NCBI GenBank assembly: GCA_902778625.1
Contig: CACYYM010000015.1
Location: 5,567 to 69,566 of the forward strand
DNA length: 64,000 nucleotides
Source of the DNA: an uncultured Bacteroidales bacterium
GTDB taxonomy: Bacteria > Bacteroidota > Bacteroidia > Bacteroidales > Bacteroidaceae
Reading direction: 5' to 3'
How positions within the stretch are numbered: the stretch's first letter is position 1; each line of letters opens with the position of its first letter. Of this stretch, positions 38,230-46,314 are shown one piece after another. The notes under the pieces were generated by a model. The model ran no database searches. It saw nothing but the letters and a program-made list of their open reading frames with translations, and was not told where the DNA came from. The position numbers and the translations under genes were made by a program.

Positions 38230-38320
38230 ACCGCAAGCGGAATTTCAAACGCCGCACGCGGGGATGGTCATCGCCGCACGCGGAAATTGCAATCGCCGCA
38301 CGCGGCGTTTGAAATCACCC
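38230..38320. repeat. Composite CGCCGCACGCGG element, copy 3
   Basis: accgcaagcggaatttcaaa / cgccgcacgcggggatggtcat / cgccgcacgcggaaattgcaat / cgccgcacgcggcgtttgaaat. Outer tttcaaacgccg and cggcgtttgaaa are inverted. Confidence 0.85.
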
Positions 38321-38397
38321 TGTAGGGCATTTTTTCCTGCGGAGGCAGATTAGTTCATTTTTTCAATTCTCAATTTTTAATTTTCAATTAAAATCCG

Positions 38398-38405
38398 TAC
38401 CTTTG
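38398..38405 (+). promoter_or_regulatory. -7 box TACCTTTG for the second C10 gene
   Basis: 29 nt upstream of ATG 38434. Confidence 0.55.
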
Positions 38406-38433
38406 CAGCGAAAAAGACAAAACTGACAACATC

Positions 38434-41400
38434 ATGAAGAAGATTTCACTACTCTTATGCTTGCTCTGCTGCGTTATGGCTTCAGCAGAACCGCTCGGCA
38501 AAAAGGCTGCACTCTACACCGCCAAGGCGTATATGACAGCAAAGGGAAAGACTGTGCTGACTCCAGCCCGCACTCGAGCCAACAGCCAAAACAGCACCTC
38601 CGCAAACCAAGAGGAGGAGTATTACTATGTCTTCAATGCTGGTAACGATGGCGGCTATGTTATCGTCTCGGGCGACGACCGAGTAGAACCGATTCTTGGC
38701 TATGTGGATCAGGGCTCCTTCGACCCCGACAATATCCCCGAGAACATGCGCTCGTGGCTGCAGTTCTATGCCGACCAGATAAAGTTCATCATCGATAACG
38801 ACATCCAGCCTGGCGACCCTCGAATTCAGAAGCGCAACAAGGTGCAGAGTACGAAACACAGCATCCCAGAACTGATGAAATCGCGCTGGAACCAAGGGCA
38901 TCCCTACAACCTCACTTGCCCGAAATACTACAAGGGCGACGGTACTCAGCATTATTCGGCATCAGGTTGTGCCGCTACAGCTATGGCGCAAGTCATCAAC
39001 TTTTATAAGTATCCAGAAAAGCTGAAGGCACAGATTCCGGCTCACTCCAGGACTTATACGCTCGACGACGGCACAACAAAGACTGTTACGGCAAAGGCTG
39101 TGCCCAGAAACACGAAGATTGACTGGGAGAACATGCGCGACACATACAGTTGCGGCAGCGACCATGAGCACGACAAACCCGATACAGCCGTTGCGAACCT
39201 GATGCTCTATTGCGGTCAGGCCCTCAAAATGGGTTGGGGAGCATCATCGGGTGCCGATACGTCGAAGTCGAGAGACGCGCTGGTCAACTATTTCGGTTTC
39301 GACGCAAGAGCCTTCTGGGCAAACCGTCCGAACTATACCATCGACGAGTGGTTCAACATGCTCTACGATGAGATGGAAGCAGGCTACCCCGTCCTCTATC
39401 GTGGTCACAGCTCAGGTGGCGGACATGCCTTTGTCATCGACGGCTTCGACGGAGAAGAGCTCTTCCACGTGAACTGGGGCTGGGGAGGTGGCAGCAACGG
39501 CTGGTTCCTCATCAGTATCCTCAATCCAGGCGATAACTCAGGTACCGGTGCAAGCAGCAGCAGCGACGGCTACAGCATGACTCAGGGCGGTTGCTTCAAC
39601 CTCCGCACTCCGAATTCGCCTAAGGGAGAGTACCTTACAATCAGCGACGTATCCATCTCCGGCACAACTATCAAGGCAAAGTTCACGAACAAGACAGGTG
39701 CGAAAGCCAGCTTCCACACGGGCATTGTCAGGCTCGACGAGAATGGCGAACTGGCATTAGTTGGAACGAGGTTGACCATTTCGGGCTTGGCTGACGGTAA
39801 TTCGCAGACAAAAACGTTCCAGATTTCAGGAAAACTTCCTGAGGGCACCTACAAGCTCTCGCCTGCTTGCAAACCAATTAAAAGCGAGGTCTGGCATACA
39901 AAATACAACTTGAACGACGAGTACATCGAAGCCATTGTGGACACGACAGGCACAACTCTCATCTACCCCTACCCGACCTACGAAAGCATAAGCATCGACA
40001 CCATCACTTTCCCGGGAACGCGTATTGCCGGTAAGGAACAGGAGGTAAAGGTGAGGTTCCGTAACGATGGCAAGGAATTCTTCAAGACCGTCTATTTCCT
40101 GGCAAGCAAAACACAGACGAAGATCTACACCGAAAGCAAGTCGCAGGTTGCAGTTCGCTCGGGCGAAACGGTCGATGTGTCGTACTTCTTCAAACCCGAA
40201 GAGACGGGTACCTACAACCTGTGGTTCGCTACTGACGATAAGGGCAACAACGTCATCGGAACAGATACGATGGTAGTCATCTCTGAAGCAGAAGCCACTC
40301 AGGCAAGCCTGGCCATCTCGTCTTACACCATAACGAATGGTGCAAACGACATTGCATACGGCAAACGTCTCATCGGCAAAGCTGTCATCAAGAACAATGG
40401 AACGCAGGACTATCACGGAGGCATCAAGCTGCAGCTCTGGAGCCAGAAGATAGGCAACAACACAGCATACAGCGGCCCTACACGCTCGTTCCAAGTTGAC
40501 ATCATCAAAGGCAAGACGGCTACGGTCGATTTCGAATACGATGGTCTCAGCGAAGGCTACTACTATCGCTTCAAGGCAATGTACACCAATCAGGACGGCA
40601 CATTGGGCAGCGGCGGTATCTGGGACCACAAGTTCGAGATGAAAGCCGGCGTGCTGCTCTGGAAGGCTGATGGCAGCGTAACAGGTAAGGCTCACAGCTC
40701 TTCAATGTCCACCGGTACAACAAATGTCGGCTTCTATGCAAACTGCAACAAGATTACACGTCTATCGCTCAACAGAGGCAATAGCAACGTCATCTATGCA
40801 TTCGCACCAGGTATGGATTTACCAAAGGTGAACGACGAATTTAATGCTGTCGTAGGCAGTCACGCCGACCATATCGACTTGGTCAACGACAAAGCATACT
40901 ACATCCCCATCAGCTTCGATGCTGACAGCGCTTCATTCACCTACACCTTCCCCGAAACAGAAAACGGAACAAAGTGGCACGCCTTTACGATGCCATTCAA
41001 GCCCGACTCCATCTATATCGATGACCAACTCGTCGAGCTCAACGATTCACTCACGCATTTCTGGATCTACGAGTTCACGGCCGAGGGCAGCAATGGCGAA
41101 GCTATCTTCAGGCCAGCGCTGGAACTGCGTAGCGGCACACCTTACATCATCGCTGCCGATTCCACTATGGCAGGTCGGTCAATTGTTTTCCGCTCGATTG
41201 GTAGTATTCCGTTCTTCAAGACTGGCTCCGATAAGATGCTCGTCACATCGCCCAGCTTCAAGTTCCACGGCAACACGTTAGCTCCGAAGCTCAAGGGAAT
41301 CTATGTCTTGAACGACGATGGCACAGCTTTCGAGTACACCTCGGTTATGAAAACACTTGAGGCAATGGCTCCATACTTCACTACAACCCTCGACGAAAGC

Positions 41401-41589
41401 ACGGCTCCAACTTCCATCGTCCTGCCCGACATTCCTGTCAGCCTCGACGTAGAAGACCCAACTGGCATTGTTCCGCCATACATCGCAACAGAAGAAAAGG
41501 GAGCCATCTATAACCTTTCAGGTCAGCGTCTCCAGAAGATGCAGAAGGGCATCAACATCGTAAACGGTAAAAAGATACTTATCAGATAA
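38434..41589 (+). CDS. C10 cysteine protease paralog, 1051 aa, T9SS CTD
   Basis: Colinear with 34419..38138: GCAATAMAQVINFYKYP, GGGHAFVIDGFD, HVNWGWGGGSNGWF. Tail YNLSGQRLQKMQKGINIVNGKKILIR. Confidence 0.85.
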   Translation: MKKISLLLCLLCCVMASAEPLGKKAALYTAKAYMTAKGKTVLTPARTRANSQNSTSANQEEEYYYVFNAGNDGGYVIVSGDDRVEPILGYVDQGSFDPDNIPENMRSWLQFYADQIKFIIDNDIQPGDPRIQKRNKVQSTKHSIPELMKSRWNQGHPYNLTCPKYYKGDGTQHYSASGCAATAMAQVINFYKYPEKLKAQIPAHSRTYTLDDGTTKTVTAKAVPRNTKIDWENMRDTYSCGSDHEHDKPDTAVANLMLYCGQALKMGWGASSGADTSKSRDALVNYFGFDARAFWANRPNYTIDEWFNMLYDEMEAGYPVLYRGHSSGGGHAFVIDGFDGEELFHVNWGWGGGSNGWFLISILNPGDNSGTGASSSSDGYSMTQGGCFNLRTPNSPKGEYLTISDVSISGTTIKAKFTNKTGAKASFHTGIVRLDENGELALVGTRLTISGLADGNSQTKTFQISGKLPEGTYKLSPACKPIKSEVWHTKYNLNDEYIEAIVDTTGTTLIYPYPTYESISIDTITFPGTRIAGKEQEVKVRFRNDGKEFFKTVYFLASKTQTKIYTESKSQVAVRSGETVDVSYFFKPEETGTYNLWFATDDKGNNVIGTDTMVVISEAEATQASLAISSYTITNGANDIAYGKRLIGKAVIKNNGTQDYHGGIKLQLWSQKIGNNTAYSGPTRSFQVDIIKGKTATVDFEYDGLSEGYYYRFKAMYTNQDGTLGSGGIWDHKFEMKAGVLLWKADGSVTGKAHSSSMSTGTTNVGFYANCNKITRLSLNRGNSNVIYAFAPGMDLPKVNDEFNAVVGSHADHIDLVNDKAYYIPISFDADSASFTYTFPETENGTKWHAFTMPFKPDSIYIDDQLVELNDSLTHFWIYEFTAEGSNGEAIFRPALELRSGTPYIIAADSTMAGRSIVFRSIGSIPFFKTGSDKMLVTSPSFKFHGNTLAPKLKGIYVLNDDGTAFEYTSVMKTLEAMAPYFTTTLDESTAPTSIVLPDIPVSLDVEDPTGIVPPYIATEEKGAIYNLSGQRLQKMQKGINIVNGKKILIR

Positions 41590-41601
41590 TCAAATACTAA
41601 C

Positions 41602-43347
41602 ATGGTAGAGACAACAAACATAGTTGAGGAGAAGAAGAGCCTCAATTTCATTGAACAGAAGGTAGAGAACGATTTGGCTGAAGGCAAGAATGGTGGACGC
41701 ATTCAGACGCGTTTCCCACCCGAACCGAACGGCTATCTCCACATCGGACACGCTAAGGCGATTGCTCTCGACTTCGGTATCGCAGAGCAATATGGCGGCA
41801 AGTGCAATCTCCGCTTCGACGACACGAACCCGATAAAGGAAGACACCGAGTACATCGAGAGCATCGAGAACGATATCAAATGGCTGGGCTTCCAATGGGA
41901 CAACGTGTATTATGCGAGCGATTACTTCCAGGAGCTTTGGGATTTTGCCGAGTGGCTCATCATGCAGGGACGTGCCTATGTTGACGAGCAGAGCGCTGAA
42001 GTTATTGCTCAGCAAAAGGGAACGACGACGAAGCCAGGCACCAACAGTCCTTTCAGAGATCGTCCTGCAGAAGAGAGCCTCAAGTTGTTCCGCTTCATGA
42101 ACAGCGGCGAAGCAACTCCCGGCACACTCGTTCTTCGTGCAAAGATCGATATGGCTCACCCGAACATGCTCTTCAGGGACCCCCTGCTCTATCGTGTCAT
42201 GAACATCCCACACATTCGGACTGGCAACAAATGGAATGCTTATCCGATGTACGACTTTACCCACGGACAGAGCGACTACCTTGAGGGTGTGACGCATAGC
42301 CTCTGCACGCTCGAGTTCGTGGAACATCGTCCCCTCTATGATCTCTTCGTAACTTGGATGAAGGAGTACAAGGGCGAGACCGACAACATTGAGGACAATC
42401 GCCCTCGCCAAACGGAGTTCAACAAGCTGAACCTCAGCTACACACTCATGAGCAAACGCAATCTGTTGGCTCTCGTCAAGGAAGGTCTCGTGAGTGGATG
42501 GGACGATCCTCGAATGCCAACCATTTGCGGCTTCCGTCGTCGCGGTTATAGTCCCGAAAGCATTCGTGGCTTCATCAAGAAGATAGGCTACACCACCTTC
42601 GATGCCCTCAACGAGATGGCGCTCCTGGAGAGTGCTGTTCGCGAGGACCTCAACAGCCGAGCCATTCGAGTTAGCGCAGTTCTCGACCCCGTTAAGGTCG
42701 TCATCACGAACTATCCGGAAGGTCAAGTCGAGGAACTTACCGCTATCAACAACCCTGAGAACGAAGCCGATGGAACGCACAAGGTTGCTTTCAGTCGCGA
42801 GATTTGGATTGAGCGCGACGACTTCCAGGAAGAGGCAGAGAAGAAGTTCATGCGTCTCGCTCCAGGCAAGGAAGTGCGCCTGAAGAACGCATATATAATA
42901 ATGTGTACCGGTTGCACGAAGGATGCTGACGGAAATGTTACGGAGATTCAATGTACCTACGACCCCGATACTCGTAGCGGAATGCCTGGAGCAGACCGAA
43001 AGATCAAGGGAAAGACCTTGCATTGGGTAAGTTGCCAGCACGCTGTAAAAGCCGAAGTTCGCCTCTACGACAGGCTTTGGAAGGTGGAGAACCCGCGCGA
43101 TGAACTCGCTGCCATTCGCGAAGCTCAGGATTGCGACGCTGTGACTGCCATGAAGCAAATCATCAACCCCGACAGCCTCACAGTCCTCAAGGACTGCTAC
43201 ATCGAGGAGTTCGCAGCCACGATGAAGCCTCTCTCCTATCTCCAGTTCCAGCGAATCGGCTACTTCAACGTGGATACAACCAGCACCCCAGAGCACCTCG
43301 TCTTCAACAAGACCGTAGGACTCAAGGACACCTGGGCAAAGAAGTGA
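41602..43347 (+). CDS. glnS: glutamine--tRNA ligase
   Basis: PEPNGYLHIGHAKA (HIGH) and LMSKR (KMSKS). 581 aa. Confidence 0.9.
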   Translation: MVETTNIVEEKKSLNFIEQKVENDLAEGKNGGRIQTRFPPEPNGYLHIGHAKAIALDFGIAEQYGGKCNLRFDDTNPIKEDTEYIESIENDIKWLGFQWDNVYYASDYFQELWDFAEWLIMQGRAYVDEQSAEVIAQQKGTTTKPGTNSPFRDRPAEESLKLFRFMNSGEATPGTLVLRAKIDMAHPNMLFRDPLLYRVMNIPHIRTGNKWNAYPMYDFTHGQSDYLEGVTHSLCTLEFVEHRPLYDLFVTWMKEYKGETDNIEDNRPRQTEFNKLNLSYTLMSKRNLLALVKEGLVSGWDDPRMPTICGFRRRGYSPESIRGFIKKIGYTTFDALNEMALLESAVREDLNSRAIRVSAVLDPVKVVITNYPEGQVEELTAINNPENEADGTHKVAFSREIWIERDDFQEEAEKKFMRLAPGKEVRLKNAYIIMCTGCTKDADGNVTEIQCTYDPDTRSGMPGADRKIKGKTLHWVSCQHAVKAEVRLYDRLWKVENPRDELAAIREAQDCDAVTAMKQIINPDSLTVLKDCYIEEFAATMKPLSYLQFQRIGYFNVDTTSTPEHLVFNKTVGLKDTWAKK

Positions 43348-43349
43348 GC

Positions 43350-43455
43350 AAACACAACGTAGTTAAAATGCAAAAACAACGTGGTGAGTTGACAAACTCG
43401 ACGTGTTGAGTTGACAAACTCGACGTGTTAAGTTGACCGACTCACCCTGTTAAAT
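43350..43455. repeat. degenerate 22-bp-period array (gagttgacaaactcgacgtgtt)
   Basis: Two clear units plus degenerate flanking units, between glnS and the TPR gene. Confidence 0.75.
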
Positions 43456-43469
43456 TTCTCAAAGCGACA

Positions 43470-44939
43470 TTGGACGACAGCAACAAATACTATCAGTCTC
43501 GGCATTTCTTAAGGCTTCTTCATCGTTACGAGAAAGCCATTTCCGAGGGTCATGTGCCTTATCTCGAGGCAGATGAGCTGACCGATATTGCCGAGTACTA
43601 CATGACAGGGAAACAGGATGCAAAGGCGAATCAAGCCATCAAAGCTGCCCTCGACATGCACCCCGATAGTGTTGACCCGCAAATCTTCCTGGCTCGACAG
43701 CGTATGTTCTACGGCAAACTCGACGAAGCACGCAGCATCATCGACGGCATCACCGAGCAGGACGACTGCGAAGTCATCTACATCCGAGCTGAGCTGCTCA
43801 TCAAAGAAGGCCGTCCTGACAAGGCTTCCGACTTCCTCCAACAGCAACTGCCGCAGATGCAGGACAGCCTCGACACCTATCTCTACGACTGCACATCCAT
43901 CTTCATGGACTACGACCAGTGGGACTTTGCACAGGAATGGCTCGAACAACTCCAGGACTCCTTCCCCACCCATCCGCGTTTGCCCATTATGGAGGCTGAG
44001 ATACAAATGGGACTCGACGATTATGAGAGCGCCTATGCTCAGCTGAAAGCAATCCTCGAGGAAGAGCCTTTCAACTCCGAAGCCTGGAACCTCCTTGCCG
44101 AGACCTGCGTCACGCTCGAGAAATTCCCTGAGGCACAAGAGGCTGCCGACTATGCCCTCGCCATAAATCCCGAGGACAGCAACGCCCTCCTGATGAAGGC
44201 AAACGCATTCATGCAAGCAGGTGAAATGGCTGAAGCCATTGAGCAATACAAGAAATACCTCACCTATCAGCCCGACGACCTCAGCGTGCAAATCTCGCTA
44301 GCCATTTGTCTCAGCAGCGAAGAACGCTACAAGGAAGTCCTCTCGGAACTCTCCAAAGCAGAACTCAACGCCCTCGAATTGCCCGAGAAGAAGGCTGAGC
44401 TCTCGCAGATTTATCAGCTCATGGCATTCGCGCAAAGCCGACTGAACAAGCATTCCGAAGCAATCTACTTCATAAAGAAAGCTTGGGAGTATTGCGAAAG
44501 GGAGCAGCGTTGGCGATGTGCAATGACAGAAGGCGACATTCGTCTGCAAGCAGGAGAAACCAAGAAGGCAGAAGATGTCTTTGCCAATGCCTTGGAGGAA
44601 TGTCCCGACAAAGGCGAGACACTCTTCAACATCGCGCTTTCCTACAGTAATGCAGGCTACAACGATGTCGCAATCGACCTCCTCGAAGACGTTTGGACAC
44701 TTTATGGCAACGAGGAAGGCAAGTTCGTCGTGCCCTACCTCGCAAATTGTTTCCTACGCAAGAACGACACGGAAAACTTCCTGACGTACCTCAAACTCGC
44801 TCCTTCCTGCGATCGCGAAGCAACACAAATGCTCTTCCACGAACGCTTCCCTGGCATCGCTCCCGAGGACTACTACGCCTATGCGTTCAAGGAAGCTTAC
44901 GGCTTCTTCCCAAAGTCCTTCAACCCCAACGACCTCTAA
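43470..44939 (+). CDS. TPR-repeat protein
   Basis: 489 aa with repeated TPR-like helical pairs. The track start codon is TTG, so the exact start is uncertain. Confidence 0.6.
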   Translation: MDDSNKYYQSRHFLRLLHRYEKAISEGHVPYLEADELTDIAEYYMTGKQDAKANQAIKAALDMHPDSVDPQIFLARQRMFYGKLDEARSIIDGITEQDDCEVIYIRAELLIKEGRPDKASDFLQQQLPQMQDSLDTYLYDCTSIFMDYDQWDFAQEWLEQLQDSFPTHPRLPIMEAEIQMGLDDYESAYAQLKAILEEEPFNSEAWNLLAETCVTLEKFPEAQEAADYALAINPEDSNALLMKANAFMQAGEMAEAIEQYKKYLTYQPDDLSVQISLAICLSSEERYKEVLSELSKAELNALELPEKKAELSQIYQLMAFAQSRLNKHSEAIYFIKKAWEYCEREQRWRCAMTEGDIRLQAGETKKAEDVFANALEECPDKGETLFNIALSYSNAGYNDVAIDLLEDVWTLYGNEEGKFVVPYLANCFLRKNDTENFLTYLKLAPSCDREATQMLFHERFPGIAPEDYYAYAFKEAYGFFPKSFNPNDL

Positions 44940-44971
44940 TTCCCAATAAGACCTCTTAGCGTCTTAGATAT

Positions 44972-45002
44972 AAAAAAAGCCTCCCTTCTCCTGGGGAGGC
45001 TT
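44972..45002. terminator. bidirectional hairpin terminator between convergent genes
   Basis: aagcctccc ttctcctg gggaggctt 9-bp stem, flanked by an A-run on one side and a T-containing run on the other. Confidence 0.6.
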
Positions 45003-45018
45003 CTTCAATGCTTAGGCA

Positions 45019-45897
45019 TTATTTCTTCTTAGTCGTTGCCTTTTTCTTCGTTGTAGTTGTTGTAGTTGTTTGCGTTGGAGGTGTGTAATACTGCAGAGCT
45101 TCGGGCATACGTTTCTGCAGTTCTGCCAAACGCTTCTCGTCGGAAGGATGGTCGCTGAAGAGTTCACTCTTCGTGTTGCCACCACTCTGCTGAGCCATAC
45201 GTTGCCAGAAAGGAATGGCCAACTGCGGATCATAACCTGCCATTGCAGCAAAGATCAGGCCAAGACGGTCAGCCTCTGTCTCATTGTCGCGAGAATACTT
45301 CAGGTTGGCAAAGTTAAAGCCGATCTGCGCAGCATAGTCGATGAGCGATACCGCATCACCATAACCCTTTGCCTGAGCCACTTGTGCAAGCACACTGCCA
45401 CCAATCTGAGCTGCATACTGCTGACGCATCTGCTTGGAGAGCTGCTCGGCTGAATGCTTTGCAACAGCATGAGCAATCTCGTGTCCGAGCACGATGGCCA
45501 GACTCGCTTCGTCTTGAGTAACAGGCAGAAGTCCCTCATAAACCACAATCTTGCCTCCAGGCATACAGAAAGCATTGATTTCCTGGCTGTTTACGAGGTT
45601 GAATTCCCATTGGAAGTTTTGCAACTCCTGGGCATAACCATTGTTTGCAAGATAAGTCTCGACAGCTGTGGCGAGACGCTGTCCCACACGCTTCACAATA
45701 GCCGTGTTGTTCTGGTTCGTGGATAACGTGGCGCCCTTCATGTATTCCTGATACTGCTGTGAGCTGAGACTGAGAATCTGCGCATCATCAACAAGGAGTT
45801 TCGTCTTACGGCCAGTAATGGGAACCGTGTTTGTTGTACCACAAGCAGCCGTGAGCAGAGCAAGGGCACCGATGAGAAGAGATTTGAATGTTTTCAT
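45019..45897 (-). CDS. M48-family Zn metallopeptidase lipoprotein
   Basis: Lipobox LLTAACG and HEIAHAVAKH (HExxH). Thr/Lys-rich tail. Confidence 0.8.
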   Translation of the reverse strand: MKTFKSLLIGALALLTAACGTTNTVPITGRKTKLLVDDAQILSLSSQQYQEYMKGATLSTNQNNTAIVKRVGQRLATAVETYLANNGYAQELQNFQWEFNLVNSQEINAFCMPGGKIVVYEGLLPVTQDEASLAIVLGHEIAHAVAKHSAEQLSKQMRQQYAAQIGGSVLAQVAQAKGYGDAVSLIDYAAQIGFNFANLKYSRDNETEADRLGLIFAAMAGYDPQLAIPFWQRMAQQSGGNTKSELFSDHPSDEKRLAELQKRMPEALQYYTPPTQTTTTTTTKKKATTKKK

Positions 45898-46030
45898 ATT
45901 CGTTCGTTTTATTTGTTTGTTATGCGAAATACTTTTGCAAATTTACACAATTATTTTGTAATGAATGAAATTTTAGATAAAGAAACGTAACTTTTTGCCG
46001 AAATTATTTGCGTATGTCGCAGGAAAGTAC

Positions 46031-46038
46031 TACTTTTG
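46031..46038 (+). promoter_or_regulatory. -7 box TACTTTTG for tRNA-Asp
   Basis: 20 nt upstream of the tRNA 5' end. Confidence 0.5.
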
Positions 46039-46057
46039 CATCGCAATTGAGCGAAAT

Positions 46058-46132
46058 GGTGCGGTAGTTCAGTTTGGTTAGAATACTAGCCTGTCACGCT
46101 AGGGGTCGCGAGTTCGAGCCTCGTCCGCACCG
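46058..46132 (+). tRNA. tRNA-Asp (GTC)
   Basis: Cloverleaf folded by hand: acceptor GGTGCGG/CCGCACC, anticodon loop CTGTCAC, T-arm GCGAG TTCGAGC CTCGT. CCA is not encoded. Confidence 0.9.
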
Positions 46133-46280
46133 CGAAGCAAAAGTGTTTTTCATGGTGTGCCTGATTATTCTAAATCCCCATCAAAACTGATGCTATCGCG
46201 ATTTTGGCCTCGAACACGGATATATGTTGTCAGCACACTCGTCATTGCCATTAGGCATATAAACAATTTCTTCATATGAC

Positions 46281-46308
46281 AAAAAAGCCCCCACGATTGT
46301 GGAGGCTT
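46281..46308 (-). terminator. rho-independent terminator of 46315..47787
   Basis: Minus strand reads agcctccacaatcgtgggggct followed by TTTTTT. Confidence 0.65.
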
Positions 46309-46314
46309 GTTATT

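Noticed and set aside
41590-43296. 568-aa ORF on the minus strand, antisense to glnS
   Set aside because: It lies entirely within the glnS CDS, which has clear HIGH and KMSKS motifs. The antisense translation has no recognisable motif, start context or promoter box. This is a typical shadow ORF of a codon-biased gene.
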